Source: Blastocystis sp. Blastoise (taxonomy: Eukaryota > Protista > Bigyra: Opalinata). Taken from it: a DNA stretch of 64,000 nucleotides. The stretch spans positions 62,001-126,000 of the forward strand of contig JBBPEB010000029.1 of NCBI GenBank assembly GCA_039096225.1. The letters are read 5' to 3'. The translations under genes and the position numbers were made by a program. The notes beneath the pieces are model-generated. The model did not search any database, was not told where the DNA came from, and was given only the letters and a program-made list of their open reading frames with translations. Positions 30,743 to 49,777 of this stretch are shown here, piece by piece (the first letter of the stretch is position 1; the number at the start of each line of letters is the position of its first letter).

Positions 30743-33226
30743 GTATCCTTCGCAGATCTCTATATCATCACTTGTCACTTCGTCGAAGATTCCTTCACTT
30801 TCTATGAATATTGATATAAATAACTATATATATACAACTTTATATAATTGTATTCCAAAAATTAAAATGAATGAAGGTATATATATATATGAGTTATTAA
30901 TATATATATATAGCACAATCTATATTGGATTATTTGTTTTCTTTAATTCATGATTATTCTATTAATGTTCAAAGTTTACATATTGTTATTTCAACATGGG
31001 TTAAATTATATCAAGCTATTCATCCTACGTATATATATATTATATAATATATGTATATATATTATATATATAGATTATCCAAGTTAAAGAAACATTTGGT
31101 TCCTCAGATAAATAGTTTATATAAGGATATATCTGAACAGTTAAAGAAGTATATATTTGGAGATACTTATGAAAGACAACACTATCAACATCTTATTAAC
31201 CCTATATTTACCGCGGGGGAACTCTGTTTAATTGGGTCAGAAGAAACAGAAGAATGCATTTTAGCCTCTATACATATTGATGGTATATATATATATATAT
31301 ATTTATTTATATTACTATAATATGATTTCTATATATATATATATACATATAGTTCCTCATGATGTTTTAATGGCGATTCAGAGTTTATTAGTAACATCAC
31401 TTCCTCAAATAACTATCTCAAATAACCGTGGGAATAGTCAGTCTATGAATAGTACCAATGATTCTAATGATAATGGAAATAGTATTCCACCCATAACCCT
31501 CTCACAAGTAGTTGCCGGGGAACAACAACAAGTTGGCGGGAATGAAGAAACGATTGTTCCTTCTCAAGTTCGTGCACATGCAATTATTGCGTTTGGAAAG
31601 TTTTGTTTACAAGATGCGTCATTAGCTAAAAAACAAATAGCTATGTTAATTCGAGAATTACAGACAAGTCCTGATCCTATTATTCGAAATAATATATTAC
31701 TTATCTTAGGAGATATATGTAAACGTCATACGTCGATTGTGGAACGATATATACCGTCGATGTGTTCCTGTATACAGGATAAGGAGAAGATTATAGCTAT
31801 TCATGCTCTTACTATATTTAGTAATTTATTAATGGTATATATATTATAATATTATAATATATATACTATAACATTTATATATAGGAGAATTATTTCAAGT
31901 TAAAACCAATATTATTATATTATTTCTTATTGGGTCTTGCTGAGAATGATGATGACGTTAAATTATTATCCAATCAGATCATCGAAACAGAGATTAATGT
32001 TCTTTACCCGAAGTCCTTATGTAATAATATCATTGAAATCATGGTCTTATTAAATGGATGTATATATATGAATATATATAAGATTGAAGGTGGAACTGAG
32101 AAATATAAACCTGTATATTCAGGAGGAAATAAACGTTCTATACAATGTAGAAATAGAATATACAGAACTATTCTTTCTCTTATGCCAGATGAGCACAAAT
32201 TACTTATATGTACCAAGTTATGTCAGGATATATTGGGACCAATTGCAGATGAAACTACGGAAATACCAGATTCTGTATATATATACTCTTTATATATTAT
32301 ATATATACAATATATAGACAAATATTGATGATCCTTATTTGAATTTAATTCGTGATTGTTTTAGTATATTATGTAGTAAAGAGATTAAAATAGGGAAACG
32401 AATAGATGAAGAAGACAATATACCGGAACAACTTCAAGAAGCTAAAACTAAAGTCTTAAATAAAGTATATTCTTATATATATAGAATAACTAATAATTAA
32501 ATATATATATAGATTCATAAACGTGCAGTCATAGAGCAAATATTACCTTTATTAGTAACATTAAAGCATAAATTAGAATCTCATCAATCCTCTCTACTTA
32601 AAGAATTGATGGTGTATTTTAAAATACTTTTTGGTAGTTATAAAAAAGAATTATCAGAATTCTTAGAATCAGATCCACATCTAGAAAGAGTATATATATA
32701 TTATATATATATAATGTATATATATATATATAGGAATTAGAATATGATATGAGACAATTTGAAGATCAATCTAATCTTGTATATATAATATATATTATTA
32801 TTATTATAATATATATATAAATAGAATACATCTGGGTCTCTCCAGGAAGATATCCTTAATAAGATCAATTCTTTAGCTACTCCTCTTATTCAACGATCTA
32901 CTACAAATGTCGCTATTTCTCCTCTTCCTTCTACACCAATACTCAAATATACAAAGTAATATTATACTCTATATTATATGTTATATTCTATATATATTAT
33001 ATTATATATATATAGGAGAAATGCATCTATATCAACTACTACTAATAATAATAAACAAGATCATTTTACTGTATATATACTATACTATAATGATATCTAC
33101 TCTAATATACTAACCATAATAATGTATATATTTATTCAGTTTGAGTCTGCTCCTCGTTCCTCTCTGATCCTCTCAACTCCTCAATTGTCACCTGCTCCTT
33201 GGAATATTAATCCGGAACCACTTGTA

Positions 33227-33274
<48 letters not shown>

Positions 33275-33787
33275 CCTATTAATAAACATAATAAACATAA
33301 TAAACATAATAATAATAAACATAATAAACATAATAATACTTACTCTCTATAGAATATAACTGCACAAAGACATAGTATTGCTAATGGAATTGAATTAAAA
33401 GCACAAAATATTATATTAGAAGATTCAGTTAATTCAAACTCTTTTTCAGACGATAGTTTTGATTTAGAACATAATGGAATTAGTGCTTTATTGCCAGATA
33501 ATAATAGTAAGCAAATAAAACGACAATCTATGATGACTCCTTCAGAAATGGAACGAAAAAGTATATTATAACTAGTCTTAACCATTTTTTTTTTAGAATT
33601 CACTTTGAATTTATTTTATATATTTCTATATTTATTATGATGAATATATATAGAAAGAAAATCTCGTGTTTCTCTCTTAGGAGATGAATCTTCAACTATG
33701 CCTTTTGAATCTACCATAAAAAATCGTCGAAAATCTGCTGGTGCAAGTCTATTCAATACATCTATTAATAATGCATCGAAAAACTAA
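27048..33787 (+). CDS. NCAPD3: Condensin II HEAT subunit CAP-D3, highly intron-rich
   Basis: MCVDPAVSVRKTAIQ; VRAHAIIAFGKFCLQDASLAKKQIAMLIRELQTSPDPIIRNNILLILGDICKRHTSIVERYIP; ESDPHLERELEYDMRQFE; S/T-P-rich tail; TAA at 33785-33787. The 5' exons are less certain. Confidence 0.88.
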
Positions 33788-34235
33788 TCATAACAAAAAA
33801 TACTTTTCTTCTTTTTCCCTTTTTCTTATTAGAATTACATTATTGTTTTTAAAGAAATATATATATTTATGTGTGTTGCTATTTTTACTGCATTTTGATG
33901 ATATTAAGAATCAATATAACAATAAATAGGTGATTCAATGACTTAATTTGCAACAATTGTCACGTATATAGCTTTTATTTGAATTCTTAATAAACGATAG
34001 CGTTTATTTCAACTAAATGTAATAGTATCTGTGTCCTATATCTCATAGATCACTTCATTTTATGAAAAATGGAAAAAAAAATAAAAATTAATTTTCTCCT
34101 TATATTTTGGAGAATAACCGCGAGGAGCAAAAAAAGAGATATTCATTGTGGGGTAGTTTCCTGTTTTTTCAGTTCATTTTTATCATTAAAAACATTTTTC
34201 TGCTTTATTCCCTTTATTTCGTTTATCTGTAAGGA

Positions 34236-35737
34236 ATGGAAGATTTTCTGATGACCTTTGTTCAAAAGACCGTTAGTTCAATGCAATGGCCTTTTTATAT
34301 GATGCTTTCTGCAACTAATGCTCTTGTGTCTCTTGTACAACATGAGCCTAAGATTATGCATCAAGTTGTTTTGATTACAGGAGCTTCATCAGGTCTTGGA
34401 GAAGCTTTAGCAACTCTCTATTCTAAAAAGTGTGATATGTTGGTTCTTATAGCAAGAGATAAGAGTAAATTAAAGGCTGTTCAACAAAAACTGAAAGGTA
34501 ATAGAGCTAATGTTTTTATTCATGCTTGTGATGTTACCGATAAGAATGCTATGAAAAGTATAATCAGCAACTATCCTAATGTATGTAGTCTTTATGAATA
34601 TATATTTCATTTACGTGTATAGATTGACTTAGTAATAGCAAATGCAGGTACTTGTCAAGGTTTATTGACTTTAGATAATAATAAGAATATTATTGAACAA
34701 ACTACTGAAGAGTTGTTTGCTACTAATGTTCATGGAGTATTTAATACTGTTTATCCTGTTCTAGATGCTATGAAAGTAGGCGAATTTTTATTTTTAATTT
34801 ATTTTATTTTATTTTATTTTTATTTTTATTTTATTTTATTTTATTTTATTTTATTTATTTATTATTTATTATTTATTATTTATTATTTATTTTTATTATA
34901 TTATTTATTATTTATTTATTAATTATTATTATTTATTAATTTAGAATTATAAATATAATGATACAAATAATAATATATATAAATATTAGGCTAATAAGAG
35001 AGGTCAAATATGTGTGATATCTTCGATTTCTGGACTTGGAAGTGATGGTATATATCCTATATATGGAGCTTCTAAAGTAGCTGTTACCGCTTGGGCTGAA
35101 GGTATTGTTCTTTATTCTATTTATATAATATTCTTATTCTATTTATATATTATTCTTATTCTTTTATTTTAATAATAATAACTATATCTATTATAGGTTT
35201 ACGTGCTATGTTAAAGCCTTATGGAATTAAAGTGAATATTGCCTGTCCTGGTATATATAATATGAAATTCTCAATATATACATGCATATTAAATATATTA
35301 TTACAAATATACTATATTATATATATATATATAGGTCCTGTAAAAACAAAGTTATTAGATGCAATGTCAATAAGTGATTTATTAGCTATAACTCCTGCTC
35401 GTTGTGCTGATTATATATATAAAGGACTTCAAGATGATAAATTACATATTCATTGCTGGACACCGTATATAAATTGATATTTATGCAGATAATATATATT
35501 ATATATATATATTTATTTTTTTATTAATTATTTTATATAAATAAATATATATATAGTATTTATTGCTTAGCATGGAATATATTCCATGAACCTACATATG
35601 CTGTTAAGAAATTATTACTTGATTTTGAAGGATCTATATTAAGAAAGCCAACTGGATATAATTTTATGATGGAATATGCTTTTAAAGAAGAAATTCCTTC
35701 TACTACTGTTCCTCTACCTCTTCTTAAACAAATTTAA
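34236..35737 (+). CDS. Short-chain dehydrogenase/reductase (SDR), paralog 1, 6 exons
   Basis: VVLITGASSGLGE (TGxxxGxG), DLVIANAG, ISSISG, YGASK (YxxxK), IACPGPVKT. Confidence 0.92.
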
Positions 35738-37059
35738 TTTAATATCTTATCATCTTTATCGTGAATATTATTGTCTTCATTATCATTCCTATTTCTTATC
35801 ATGTGAATAACCGTAAATATGTAAATTAACTTGTTTTAAAAGTATTATAAACGTTTTTGTTTATAAATAAAATATTTTTTTTTGTTATCTATATATATTT
35901 ATTAAAAATGATTTAAAATCGATTCAAAAAAGCAAAATAACACACTCATTCTATTTAATTTTATAATCTTTCATTAAAAACTAAATAAACAGTCTTTAAA
36001 AACAACAAATAAAAAGCAAAATCATGAAAATGTTTTTTTTTATTGAATAGTTACCAAACTAATATCTCTTATATTTTCATATAGATATTTGCATATAAAT
36101 AAAGAGTTTCTTTTGAAATACAACACAAATAGTATAGTATTTCTTGATAAAAATGTCTTGTTAGCCACTTTTCATCTCAATAATATTCACAATACCATAC
36201 AAATAACTAGGTTATCCATAACATAATCATTATAGTCACAAAAAGCAATACAAATTTTTTATTATCATCAAATATTTTCTTCTCCTTTATTTTTCAAGTC
36301 TATATATTTATTGGATAAAAACAAAATTGTAGACACTATTTATAAACGTCATGATAAAAAAATATTCATATGTATTTCAATGCTTTCGATTTAAACGAAT
36401 ACACATTTGAATTTCATTCATTAATTTGAATAGAATACATCGAAATTAATTTTTATAGTAGATACATCAGTTATTTATACTAAAAATTGTACTATTTAAC
36501 CCACCCAAACAATAAGGAAGTCTATAATTTTTCTACATACATGAGCATTCGAATCGAACTTCTATTTCTTTCCAGAAATATATACTTCCCTCTTTTCTAT
36601 TAATGAAAATGATTGGTTTCTAAATTACTAAAAAGGGCCCATGGTGAAACACATCATTTTCATGTTTAACAGAAAAATAATGCAAATGAAAATTTACTAC
36701 AAAAAGTACCGAGTCATAGGCGTGTTGTTATGACGCCATTTTATCCGCAGATTTTCAAGAATATAATATAGGTACCCTATAAAACTCTAAGGCCCTTATT
36801 TGTATTGAATATATTAATTGAAATAAGGTATATATTTTTTTAATTAGTCCTATTCTTTAGAATTCTCAAAACTGTACATAAATTATCAAGTGCCAGTAAT
36901 CTCAAAAGTGTTTCTAATTTGTTGTAGGGGTACTGGTTTCAGATATGATCCAAAATTGCATGCTCTCACTTCTCTATTTATTCTATCATGTTTCATTACA
37001 ATTTGAATCAATTTTTATTCTATTATCTATTTTTTATTTCGATTAAACTATAAAACAAG

Positions 37060-38105
37060 ATGTCTATGTTACGTACATACATTAATTCAGTTGTTATTAC
37101 TTTCTTCCAATTACTTCTTTCTATCATTGTTGCTCCCATTTTCTTTGTTGGAACTCTTTTCAGTCAATTATATTACTTCTTAACTACTAAAGAAGAAGAC
37201 GCTAAGGTTGTTTTAATTACTGGAGCTACCTCTGGTATTGGTGAAGGTTTAGCTAAGAAATATGCTCAAACTTGTTCTAAACTTATTTTACTTGGTAGAA
37301 ATGCTGAAAAGTTAGCCAAGACTCAAAAAGCTTTAAATTCTGATAAATGTGAAGTTATTATTCACTCTGTTGATGTTGCTGATAAAGAAAAGATGCATGA
37401 TATTGTTAGTCAATATAAAGATCTTGATTTAGTTATTGCTAATGCTGGTGTTGCTGCTAATGCTTTATCTTTTGATGAAACTCCTTCAATCTTACAACAA
37501 ACTACTGAAAAGATATTTGCTACTAATGTTGATGGTGTTTTCAACACTATTTTCCCTGCTATTGATAATATGAAAGTATATATATCTTTTATTATAAAAT
37601 TTTGTTTTTATTAATTATATATATTATATATAGCTTCGTAGACAAGGTCAAGTATGTATTGTATCTTCTATTTCTGGTATGGGTAGTGCTGGTTTCCTTC
37701 CTGTCTATGGTGCTACTAAATGCGCTGTTACTTCTTATGGTGAAGGCTTAAGAGCTTATCTTAATGCTTGGAATATTAAAGTTAATGTTGTTACTCCTGG
37801 TATGCTGATTATTTTTATTGTTTTATTAAATTATATTATTTATTATTTTATATTATATGTATTTTATTTATTATATTGTTTTATTATATGTATTTTATTT
37901 ATTATATGTATTTTATTATATTCTATTTATTATATTATAATGTTATCACTATTATAATATATAAATAGGTTTTGTCAATACTCATATGGCTGATAATCTT
38001 GGCGTTCCTTCTCCTATGTCTATTACTACTGAACAATGTGTCGATTATATCTATGATGGTCTTAGAGCTGATTTACTTCATGTCTATTGTGAACCTATGT
38101 ATATA

Positions 38106-38169
<64 letters not shown>

Positions 38170-38336
38170 TATATAGGTTCTATATTTGTATGACTGTATT
38201 ATATAAGACTATTCCTGCTACTATGAAGAAAGTTTACTTAAGCTATGAAACTTCTGTTAGAGAAAAACATACTCTTGTTGCTTGTGAATATTTTGAAAAA
38301 GAATATGTCAATATGAAAAAACCTAAACAAAATTAA
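37060..38336 (+). CDS. Short-chain dehydrogenase/reductase (SDR), paralog 2, N-terminal membrane anchor, 4 exons
   Basis: VVLITGATSGIGE, DLVIANAG, YGATK, VVTPGFVNT. Hydrophobic N-terminus; C-terminal KPKQN fits a KxKxx ER-retrieval-like motif. Confidence 0.92.
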
Positions 38337-38590
38337 ATAATTTTCTATTAAATGTTATATATATATATATATATATATATATCTATTTATACTTTTTGAT
38401 TTCTAAAATGTTTATTAATTATTTATGGTCTTCATATTTATATTAGTAAATAAAAAAGATTCTTTCTTTTTAAATATATTGATTTTTGTTATTGCTATTT
38501 CATTAATAATAAAAAACTAATTTTCTAAAGAAACATTATAAATTATATAAAATGCAAGCAAATAAAGTAATATAGATATAATAATGATAT

Positions 38591-42256
<3,666 letters not shown>

Positions 42257-43070
42257 TGTAATTTTAAAGTCAAAAAATATATTAAAAACGATATTCTATT
42301 CAATAGAAATTTAAAATATTTATTAATACCGTTTTCAGATTCTTTTTCCAAATTCACTCAATAAACCCGATTCTTCCAGGAACAAAATTATCAACAACAA
42401 GTTTCAACTGTTGTTTTTTTTTCCCTATTTTTTATGTATCAACCACTCTATCACCTTATATTTTAATATTTTCCTGTCTTCTATGACAATCTAATTTCTA
42501 ATAAATATAAAAATCTTCTAAATTATGTAGAATTGGTCCTTTTGAATTGAGAGGGAAGACAAAAAAACAAGTTTATATTTTTATAATAATAATAATAAAT
42601 TGATTGCTATCTATAATGAGAATTTAAAGTCTTTTTGACAGTCATGTTTTTGGGAACGGTTTTATAAACTATGTTATTCAACAAAAATATCAATTGTAAA
42701 ATACTTTAAATACTCTATATAGTATTACAAGCTATTAGAATCGTGGAATTTCAATAATTATACAAGATTTAATTTATAAAACAAATCATTTCATTGTTTG
42801 TAGTCAGTATCATTGAAAATAAGCATCATACAAATAATTAAAAATGCAAATATGCAAGAAAACCATCATGAAATAAGATATTATTGAAAAATGTAAAAAC
42901 TATGGGAAAACTATAGTTTATCACTCAAAAAATGAAATTTTTATGAAAAGATTGTATATGTGTTTTGTTTCATCTTTTTTTGAGTTATTCTTGTTCTATT
43001 TGCACTATTTTACGTTTTTAAAAAATAGAAACTATTCTAAATAATCAAGGCGCTAAAGGAGAAAACAAAT

Positions 43071-45281
43071 ATGGACGTTAATTTACTTTCAAAGGATATT
43101 TCTGATACATTATATAAGAGTTTATGTGATAAATCATCTCAGAAACGACGAGCTGCAGCTGAAGAACTAAGTCAAAAAATCGCATTTTTATGTAATAAGA
43201 ATGATCTTGAGACTGTAGGTCAACTTATTGATATCCTGCTTTATCGATATGGTAGTAGTTCTATTTCAAGCGAAAAGAAAGGTTTACTTAATGGATTAGC
43301 TGCTATTGCTGTAGGTTTGAAAGATTATGCGAACAGATACTTGGATCAGATCATTCTTCCTATATTATCCTTGTTCTCAGATACCGATAGTTCTCTTCGT
43401 TTTTATGCTATTGAATCATTATATAATGTTATTCTTGTGGTTCGTGACGATTGTTTAAAGTATTTCGAACAAATATTCGATGGATTATGTTATATATCTG
43501 ATGATATCAATTCAGATGTTCAAACGGTATCTTATTTTATGACTTTATAATCATATGTTTATTGTTATTATCATTTTTTTTAATTTATTTCTTAAACAAT
43601 TATATCTACTATTTTTATAATTATAGTATGCAAATGTTTTAAATAATAAGTTTTTAGAGATTGCAAAACAAAGTCAATTCTTTGATGAGAAATTATTTAT
43701 AAGTATATTAATAGAAAAGAAAGATTATAGTAAACACCGTGTACGTTCGTTACTACTTACTTGGATTAGTGTATATATATATATATATGTTATATGTATA
43801 TGTTATATATATATATAGTATATATATAGATATATGTTTTATATATAGTATATATATATATTATATATAGGAACTAGATCATATACATACTTGTTGTTTT
43901 CTGTCTTCACTTCCTGAGTTTTTAAAATCATTATTATTTATGTTAGATGATGCTTATAAAGAAATCAAACAAGTATATTGCTATAATATATATTTATAGA
44001 TTTATATTTGTAGTATACTATTTATGAGTGTTATATATATATATTCATTTTTTATATATTTAAATAATGGATCAATTCTTTATTTTTATTTTATTGTATA
44101 GAAAGCGTATAATGTTCTAGATATGTTCTTAAAAGAGATTAATGAAGCTGAAACATCAACATTAGATCTTCAATCAATGGTATATATAATAAATCATAAT
44201 CATAAATAATAATAATTTATATAATAAATAATAATAATTTATATAATAAATAATAATAATTTATATAATAAATCATAATCATAAATAATAATAATTTATA
44301 TAATAAATCATAATCATAATCATAAATAATAATAATCATAACTAATAATAATTATATATTCACAATAAAAATATATAATCAATATATCTTTAGATGACTA
44401 TATTATTAGATACAATTAATTCTACGAATCAGTTTATCAGAGATACTTCTGTTCAATGGATTGAAGCATTCTTAAAGAAGAACAGTTCCTGGAATCCTCC
44501 TTATCCTCGTATATTCAGTGGACTACAATCATTAATATCAACCAATGAATCACCAGAAATCAGAGATTTAGCTTATCAATGTTATGAACTCATTGAAACA
44601 CAAGTATACTATTATTACTTTTTTTTATTATTTATTTATTCTCTATATCAATAATTATTTTTAGTAATACTAATTATTATTATTAGTATTATCAATGATT
44701 ATAATAAATATATATATATATTAGTTGAAAGATACTGAAACCGTGGTGGATATATCTGAATTTATTACAGTTCTCAATCAATTATTAAATTATAGTGACA
44801 AAGAAACTAAATTACTTTGTTTGCAAACACTTCAAATTATAATTGCTAAAGATAAGAATAATAATGTTAACAATGAATCCCTAAAGAGAGCCTTAATTAA
44901 TGTTCTTGGAGATAGCGATGAAAGCGTATATTATTATTATACTTATTGTTATATATAAAATTTTTATTTATATTATTATGTTTGTATATAAATTGAAAAG
45001 AATTCAATTACTTAATCATATAAATTATATTATTCTATTTATAGTATATTCATATCATCAATGAATACTACTTTAAAATACTATTATATATATAGTTAAT
45101 AGGAGAGTGTATTCATAGTTTAGTAGCTCTTGCATCGAGTGGAACACCTTTACGTTTCTTTATTCCTGATATTATTGATGTATCTTTTATTCTATATATT
45201 GACTCTATTTATTCTTCTATAAATAATATTTTTTTATTCACTTTTTTTCTTTATTAAAATAAAAATGTTATTTATATTATA

Positions 45282-45322
<41 letters not shown>

Positions 45323-45455
45323 GTAGAAATTCCTTGCAGATCAAAAGTTCTTAGAATCACGGGGATGTCTTATTTTTAGAACATTATGCAAATATCTTTC
45401 TGTAGAAGATGTTTATACTGTTACTTCCTCTACTCTTAAAGTATATATATATATA

Positions 45456-45539
<84 letters not shown>

Positions 45540-46668
45540 TGTTAAAAACTGTTTCAAAGTCTCTATTTATTAATATAAAAGATAAAAAATATATATTTAT
45601 ATTAATATTTCTTTATACTTTTTAGGAATGTAAAGATTATGTATCGATATCCCTTATAATTCACATGTTAAACGTTATCTTATTAACAGCTGATGAAACA
45701 CAAGAATTAAGAATACTATTAAGATGTTGTTTCTCAAATTATAAAAAAGATCCTGAACAATATAAAAAAGGAAAAGAAATCTATGATCAAATGTATATTT
45801 TATATATATAATAGTTAATTTGTTAAAATACAAATAATAGTCAATATGTATAATTAATAAATATTATAGTTGATATATATATATAACTATATAAATATCA
45901 TATTCAAATAATTACTCTATATATATAGTTATGAATCATGGTGTATAAATCCTATAGCTGCTCTTTCTTTATGTTGGTTAGTTGAAGATTATGAATTAGC
46001 ATATCATATTATTTTACATCTAGGATGTGAAGAATTCTCCTTGTCGCTACTAATGCAGGCAGATAAACTTGTTCAATTCCTCGAATCTCCTGTTTATTAT
46101 CATATGAGATTACACCTTATTGAACCAAATTCACCTATTCTTAAACCATTATTACAAAGTCTATATGGATTCCTTATGCTACTTCCTCAAGTATTCTTAT
46201 TCTTTTATTTATATATATATATTTTGATATTGATTTTTTTTATTTCTTTTCTTTCTTCTATTTTTTTTTATACCTATTATTTATATCATTATTATATTAT
46301 AAAATATTTCTTAATTTTTAAATATCATTTCTTTATCCTTAATTATACACTATAATACAATTATATCCTATCTATAATAACTTCTCTAGTCTCACGGCTA
46401 TAAAGTACTTCAAGCTAGATTATCAGGAGTAGTTCAACTTCATCTCGCATTACAAAATTATTCAGAGTATTTTTTTGTTATTATATTATTATTCTAGTCT
46501 AATTATAACATTTTAAAAATATATCTATACATATTTGAATTCTATATAATAATAATATAATTATGTATCTATAGAACATCAGAGCCTTCCGAAGAATATA
46601 AAGAAAAAGAAACTATATTTATTGAAAAACAACAAATGAGATTAGATGGAATTACCAAAAATATATAA
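43071..46668 (+). CDS. VAC14: VAC14 scaffold of the PIKfyve/Fab1 complex
   Basis: LCDKSSQKRRAAAEE; GLLNGLAAIAVGL; FSDTDSSLRFYAIESLYNV; LESRGCLIFR; YESWCINPIAALSLC; QADKLVQFLESPVYYHMRLHLIEP; LYGFLMLLPQS. Confidence 0.95.
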
Positions 46669-46913
46669 TTTTATATCCTATTTTTTTCACTGTATATTAC
46701 AATATTATTACTATATTATTTTGTTTTTTTTTTTTATTTAAACTAATGATACTAAAATATATTTTATAAACAATACTACTTGAAAAAGATACAACAAAAA
46801 GAGAGAAATTAATTGATTGAAAAAGAAAAACAAAACAATGAATAATTTAGGAAATAGCAATAAAAACATATATTATAGAATTAATAGTACATAATTGACA
46901 GAAGAAATTATTC

Positions 46914-48006
46914 TTAATATTGACGATAACCTCCCATTTGGTTCATATTATTCATAGGCATTTGTCCTCTCATTTGTTGTTGTTGCATATATTGTTGTTG
47001 CATCATATATTGTTGTTGTTGTTGTTGGTTCATATTATTCATAGGCATTTGTCCTCTCATTTGTTGTTGTTGTTGCATATATTGTTGTTGTTGCATCATA
47101 TATTGTTGTTGTTGATTCATATTCATAGGTTGTTGTTGTTGTTGTTGTTGATAAGCAGAAATAGGAACAGCAGGTCTGTTGGAGGGAACAGTCATACCGG
47201 GACGATGATAAGGATCAGGAGTAATATCAAGACTGACGAGACCACCGAATAAACCATTATTTTGAGGTTGAGCCTTAGGAAGAGCAGCAGGAAGAGGAGC
47301 TGTACATAGTATTATTATTATTATAGGAATTATTCAATTATTTATATATATAATAAAAATATTGTATATATATATATAATAGTAATAAATATATAAATAT
47401 ATATATACTAAGAGGTCCAGAAGTGATTTTAGAGGCAGCATCTCCCAAGAAGTCATCAAGATTATCAGGAAGAGGACCATCGGGAATAACGACGGGAGCA
47501 CTGGAGACGGGTTCAGGAGAGATAGCGACGAGATTATTGGTCACAGCGGGAGATCTAGCGGCAGGAGCAGCGCGGGGAGCAGGACGAGGAGCGGGAGAAG
47601 CAGAAGGAGCAGGACTCATGTTATCAAACATAGAAGTATCATTACTAGGTTCTTCAGCACCTTCAGCAGCACCTATAGAAATAGTATGTAAAATAGACTA
47701 ATTTATAAATTATATTTATAAAAACATAAATATAATTTTAAAAAATATATAAACAAAAATAACATAAAAATAATTTAAAAAAAAAATAACATAAAAATAC
47801 ATTTAAAAAATATATATATAAAAACAAAATAACAAAAAAATTAATAATATATATACTACTAAAGTTAAAGAGAACATCAGCTTCAGTCTTCTGTTTCTTA
47901 ACAGGTTTCTTAGAGACTTTTTTAGGTTCAGCAACAGGAGCAGGAGCAGGAGCAGGTTCAGGTTCTTCTTCATCTTCAGAATCATCAGCAGGATCCCAAT
48001 CTTGGA

Positions 48007-48074
<68 letters not shown>

Positions 48075-49202
48075 ATTTAAAAAAAGTGAATAATAATAAT
48101 AACTTAAGCAGGTTTACCAGAAGCAGTAAATTGAGTAGGAGCTAATTTCTTAGGTTCTTTAACAGGTTTAGGTTCTTTAGGTTTAACTTCTTTAACAGGT
48201 TTAGCAGGATCAGCAGGTTTAGATGATAAACCAAATACACCAAAAGTAGCTTTACCTGACATAGGAAGAGCAATACCTGTATTATCTACTTGAGGCTTTT
48301 CAGCCTTAGGAGCAGCCTTCTTAGGTTCAGGCTTAGCAGGGGCACTTCCGCAACTCATAGCTTTACCAGCAAACTTTCTCTTAAACTTTCTAGCCTTCTT
48401 TCTTTCCATTCTAATCTTATCATCATCATCTAATAACTCAAGAATTTGAGTAACCTTATCACGAACTATATTAATGATAGTATTAATATAAGATAATATA
48501 GTTATTCTTTCTCTTATAAGAATATTTTATAGGAAGAAATAAAATAAATTATAACTAAATTAGATATATAATAAAATGTTAAACAATAAAATAATATAAT
48601 AAAATAATATAATAAAATAATATATAAAAAAATATAATAAAATAATAAATAAAAAAATATAATAAAATAATAAATAAAATAATAAATAAAATAATAAATA
48701 AAATAATAAAACATACCACCTTGGCCTCTTTCAAGTTCTCCTTCTTTACATTGGAAATTTTCAAAACTACGAATATAATAAATATTATCTCTACATTCAT
48801 CAACAAATTGAGGTACACCATTCTTAATAAGATATTCAATAAGTGATAAAGCCTATATAAACAGAATAATAACATTTGAATAATAGAAAAAACAATATTA
48901 GAAAATAATAATAATAGAAAAAAATAATAATTTTTTTAAAAATTATTAAAAATCTCACTATTTAAATACCTTGAAGATTTGTCTCCATTGTTTATTCTTG
49001 ATATCTAAAGTTTTCCAAAGAGTAGAACAAATGCACTTGAAATCTTCTTCTAAGATAGAAGATTCAGCAAGCTTAGCATTTGTAGTACCAGAAGCTCCCC
49101 AGTTTTCATTAGAAAGAGCAGTTTCTAAATTCTTTTCAGTTTCAGTCTTTCGCCTAAAAAGATCAATATGAAATAAAGCATAATAAAAAATTACTTGAAC
49201 AT
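46914..49202 (-). CDS. ENTH-domain (epsin-like) protein with Pro/Ala/Lys-rich middle and Q/M-rich tail
   Basis: ALSNENWGASGT..WRQIFKALSLIEYLIKNG..GQGVRDK (ENTH). One junction near 48104 is ambiguous (see findings). Confidence 0.85.
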
Positions 49203-49777
49203 TATAGTTGATATATATGTTATGAAAGTGATTAAGATAATCTAAAGAAAAAAGATAGGAAATGAAAAAGTGAAGCCACGTTGGGTTCAACAAAAAAAAT
49301 CTTTCCTTAGATTATCTTCCGATACATACCATTCTTGTCTTAAATGCAAATCGAATGAATTCCAACGTGGTCATCCTTCGATTCCGCGATTAATTATACA
49401 TTCTACCCAAACTTTTAGATATTCCCACTTTTGAGTATAGAAATGTAAATGTCAAGGGGTCCAATGAAATTGTTATTCTTGCAACACAATTAATTTTAGA
49501 GAAAAGTAGTGGATAAGCTTCTAGTGCATACCAATCATTGGATAATTAAAAAAAGAAGCAAATTGTTTTTTTGTTCCTCTTTATATATTGGACATTCAAA
49601 AACATAAGAATTCGAGAACTCGAATATACCGCGTGATTCATGTCCTCTTGGTAAATAAGCAATCTACTCTAGTGAATTGCGAAAAAACCGTGAAACTAAA
49701 AACAAAGTCAACTTTTCTTTTTTAATCACATAACTACACCAATTTTGAGGAATAACTCTGTTTATTAATCATAAAAT

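Noticed and set aside
30743-30750. GTATCCTT U12-like donor in CAP-D3 (also ATATCCTT near 32850)
   Set aside because: Both lie at the start of or within open exons that splice normally by GT-AG; coincidental.
43527-43626. GTATCTT donors in VAC14 (also near 45180) and XPD (near 51557) as GT-AG U12 introns
   Set aside because: Donors deviate from GTATCCTT and lack a properly placed TCCTTAA branch site; treated as U2-type.
48104-48106. Alternative genetic code (TAA read-through)
   Set aside because: TAA terminates nearly all genes in the window at the expected C-termini, and read-through would not fix the splice phase.
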